NCBI GenBank assembly: GCA_964473825.1
Contig: CAYYQL010000001.1
Coordinates: 32,001-96,000, forward strand
Direction: 5' to 3'
Origin: an uncultured archaeon
GTDB lineage: Archaea; Asgardarchaeota; Thorarchaeia; Thorarchaeales; Thorarchaeaceae
DNA: 64,000 nucleotides
Shown: piece after piece, positions 61,913 through 64,000 of the stretch
Layout: each line of letters starts with the position of its first letter
Position numbering within the stretch: position 1 is the stretch's first letter
Made by a program: the position numbers and the translations under genes
The notes under the pieces: generated by a model
Seen by the model: the letters and a program-made list of their open reading frames with translations, nothing else
The model's database searches: none
Told to the model about the DNA's origin: nothing

Positions 61913-63016
61913 ATGCCAACCAGTGAGAATATTGAGCTGTTCCGTTCTCTCATCCAAGGAACCAATGACCTTATCCATAGTGTCCGTCCAGATGGATCAA
62001 TAGAGTTCGTCAATGCAGCGTGGCTCAATGCTCTAGGGTATTCTCAGGACGAAGTCACAGATCTGCATCTCAGAGACATCATCTATGCAGACTCTTTGGA
62101 ACACTACACGGATATCCTAGAGAGCGCAATGTCCGGGGAGGTGAAGACCAATGTCCGAGCTACGCTTGTTGCAAAAAACGGCGATAGAATCTATGTTCAG
62201 GGCAATATATTCCCCCGACTCGATGATGGCGAGGTTGTTGCTGCTCAAGGTTTCTACCGAGACATAACGCAGCAGGTTAGGTCTAAACAAGAGCTTAAAG
62301 AGGAGCGCCAACGGACAGAATTCATAATTGACCTTATGACCCATGACTTGACAAATATCAACCAAGAGGTGTTGTCCACTCTTGAACTCCTGCTTCATGC
62401 CCCTCAATTTCCTGATGAATTCAAGTCATTTGTGGAAGGAGGATTGAATGAAGTCGAACGTGCGGCTCATATCATATCGAATATGAAGAAGATATCTTTA
62501 GTTGAACGCAAATCTCCAGAAGCCGCAGCAAGGAACCTGCAAGAAGCCATTCAAACTGCAGCCGAAGAAGTCCGTGAAGATTTTCCTGAGAAGGATCTGG
62601 AGATTCAGGTGGATGTTACTCCCCCTGACATAACTGTTCTGGCCGACCGATATCTCGAAGACATCTTCCATGCGCTATTCCACAATTCTATGAAGTTTGA
62701 CAGTCGGAAGAACGTCAATGTTGACGTCACGGCTGAGCCAATCAAGCACACACCATACGTCAGAATCGAGGTGGCAGACCACGGCCCCGGAATACTCGAT
62801 GAAAGCAAGGACGACATTTTCGCAACGCTTGAACACAGACGAGAAGGAATAACAGGGCTTGGTCTCGGGTTGACCCTCGTAAAGAGCATCGTGAAGAACT
62901 ATGGTGGTAACATCCAAGCAGAGGACAGAGTTGAAGGAGACTTCTCTAAAGGAGTGAAGATTGTCCTGATTCTTCGTCAACCACAGGACATCGCAGTTCA
63001 AGGAGGGAAACAGTAA
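61913..63016 (+). CDS. PAS histidine kinase, paralog of 34715-35803
   Basis: GTNDLIHSV, HDLTNINQE, DHGPGI, GLGLGL. Confidence 0.93.
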   Translation: MPTSENIELFRSLIQGTNDLIHSVRPDGSIEFVNAAWLNALGYSQDEVTDLHLRDIIYADSLEHYTDILESAMSGEVKTNVRATLVAKNGDRIYVQGNIFPRLDDGEVVAAQGFYRDITQQVRSKQELKEERQRTEFIIDLMTHDLTNINQEVLSTLELLLHAPQFPDEFKSFVEGGLNEVERAAHIISNMKKISLVERKSPEAAARNLQEAIQTAAEEVREDFPEKDLEIQVDVTPPDITVLADRYLEDIFHALFHNSMKFDSRKNVNVDVTAEPIKHTPYVRIEVADHGPGILDESKDDIFATLEHRREGITGLGLGLTLVKSIVKNYGGNIQAEDRVEGDFSKGVKIVLILRQPQDIAVQGGKQ

Positions 63017-63372
63017 TGGCATCCATTCTCATAGTTGACGACGACGAGTTCATTCACAAGGTCTTGGACCGTATCCTGTCATTCGGAGGACACAACGTAG
63101 TAGGACATGCATTCAACGGAGCAGAAGCCGTTGAGCAGTACACTCAGCTCGACCAGAAGCCCGATATCATACTGATGGACCATCGAATGCCTGTGATGAA
63201 CGGGACCATAGCAACACGTGAGATTCTTCATCAAGATCCTCAGGCCAGAATGGTGTTTTTGAGTGCAGATGAAACAGTCAGGGACGAGGCTCTTGAAGCA
63301 GGCGCCTTAGCGTTCTTGGTCAAACCAGTTCGTGCTAACACTCTGTTCGAAGCTATAAAGAGAATGATATGA
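63016..63372 (+). CDS. Stand-alone receiver, paralog of 34344-34712
   Basis: IVDDD, MDHRMPVMNG, FLVKP. Confidence 0.93.
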   Translation: MASILIVDDDEFIHKVLDRILSFGGHNVVGHAFNGAEAVEQYTQLDQKPDIILMDHRMPVMNGTIATREILHQDPQARMVFLSADETVRDEALEAGALAFLVKPVRANTLFEAIKRMI

Positions 63373-63430
63373 TATCACAGTGTTGGTGTTGCTGATGCCT
63401 ATCTTGACTGCATTTCAAAGGAGCTGAAAC

Positions 63431-64000
63431 TCAGGTCACCCATTCCCTGATGGGCAGTCTTATTTGGAAGGCAGCTCCTGAGGGACCATCGTTATTGATG
63501 AGTCTAATAGTGCCACCAATCCCCACAACTATCTGCTTCGATAAGTACAGCCCCAATCCTGAGCCAGAAGTTGTCACTCCCCTCTGAAATAGATCGTCAC
63601 GTATCTCTTCAGCAACCCCGGGCCCGTCATCAGAAACTACAATCTCCAGCCAGTCATCTGTTGTGGCCGCATCGATAGTCACATTTGGTTGGTCACCCGC
63701 ATATCTAGCAGCATTTCTTAGCAAATTATCAAAGACTGCCGGCAGAAGTCTGCTCACAGGAACTTGGGCCCTGCCCACCGAGTCATCTACATTCACATGA
63801 ACAGTGAGGTTCCTGTAAGTTTCTTCAGCCTTTGCTGCGACTTCGGGTAGCCACTCCTCAATACTCCCTTCGATTGCAAGCTGGGATTCACCAAGTGCTG
63901 AGATGAGAGCCAGCACTCTCTCACAGACGGCCTCTGTTGAGTCGATCACTCCATGCATCTCCCTGTCCTCTTCGTCGAGCAACATCCGTGCCAAATCTAT
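63431..64000 (-). CDS. Histidine kinase C-terminal part (truncated by the window edge)
   Basis: NLLRNA, DDGPGV, GSGLGLY. Confidence 0.85.
   Translation of the reverse strand: MDLARMLLDEEDREMHGVIDSTEAVCERVLALISALGESQLAIEGSIEEWLPEVAAKAEETYRNLTVHVNVDDSVGRAQVPVSRLLPAVFDNLLRNAARYAGDQPNVTIDAATTDDWLEIVVSDDGPGVAEEIRDDLFQRGVTTSGSGLGLYLSKQIVVGIGGTIRLINNDGPSGAAFQIRLPIREWVT

Noticed and set aside
1615-63022. Numerous short antisense or overlapping ORFs within long host genes
   Set aside because: Shadows of well-supported CDSs with no motifs of their own

Overview
Archaeal DNA. The gene content points to an Asgard archaeon, probably Thorarchaeia (inference): giant NosD/beta-helix surface proteins, many PAS histidine kinases with stand-alone receivers, a TIGR04084-type radical SAM, and BRE/TATA-like promoters. 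The centre of the window is a ~16.2 kb integrated element (10308-26553). It is bounded by a 10-bp direct repeat (TCTGGTACAT) and splits a 120-aa host membrane-protein gene, which is restored in frame on excision. The element encodes a tyrosine integrase with a zinc ribbon, two different P-loop helicases sharing a ~58%-identical C-terminal domain, a Rad52-like annealing protein and a divergent TFIIB. It also carries a divergent pair of RHH regulators missed by the ORF track, an AT-hook zinc finger, a PIN cassette and a CPBP protease. I recognise no capsid, terminase or conjugation gene. The most striking feature is a 14-bp motif (ACTCGTTGGTAACT / AGTTACCAACGAGT) present 12 times, which I saw only in the left 7 kb of the element. 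It lies mostly at gene 3' ends and is oriented with transcription, and it is partly fused to an 18-20 bp palindrome. The flanks are ordinary host genes: YyaL, a solute-binding protein, a C39-like peptidase, GNATs, PadR-ABC, three tandem beta-helix proteins, a penicillin acylase and a two-component cluster. All family calls come from motif recognition by eye; no database searches were run.
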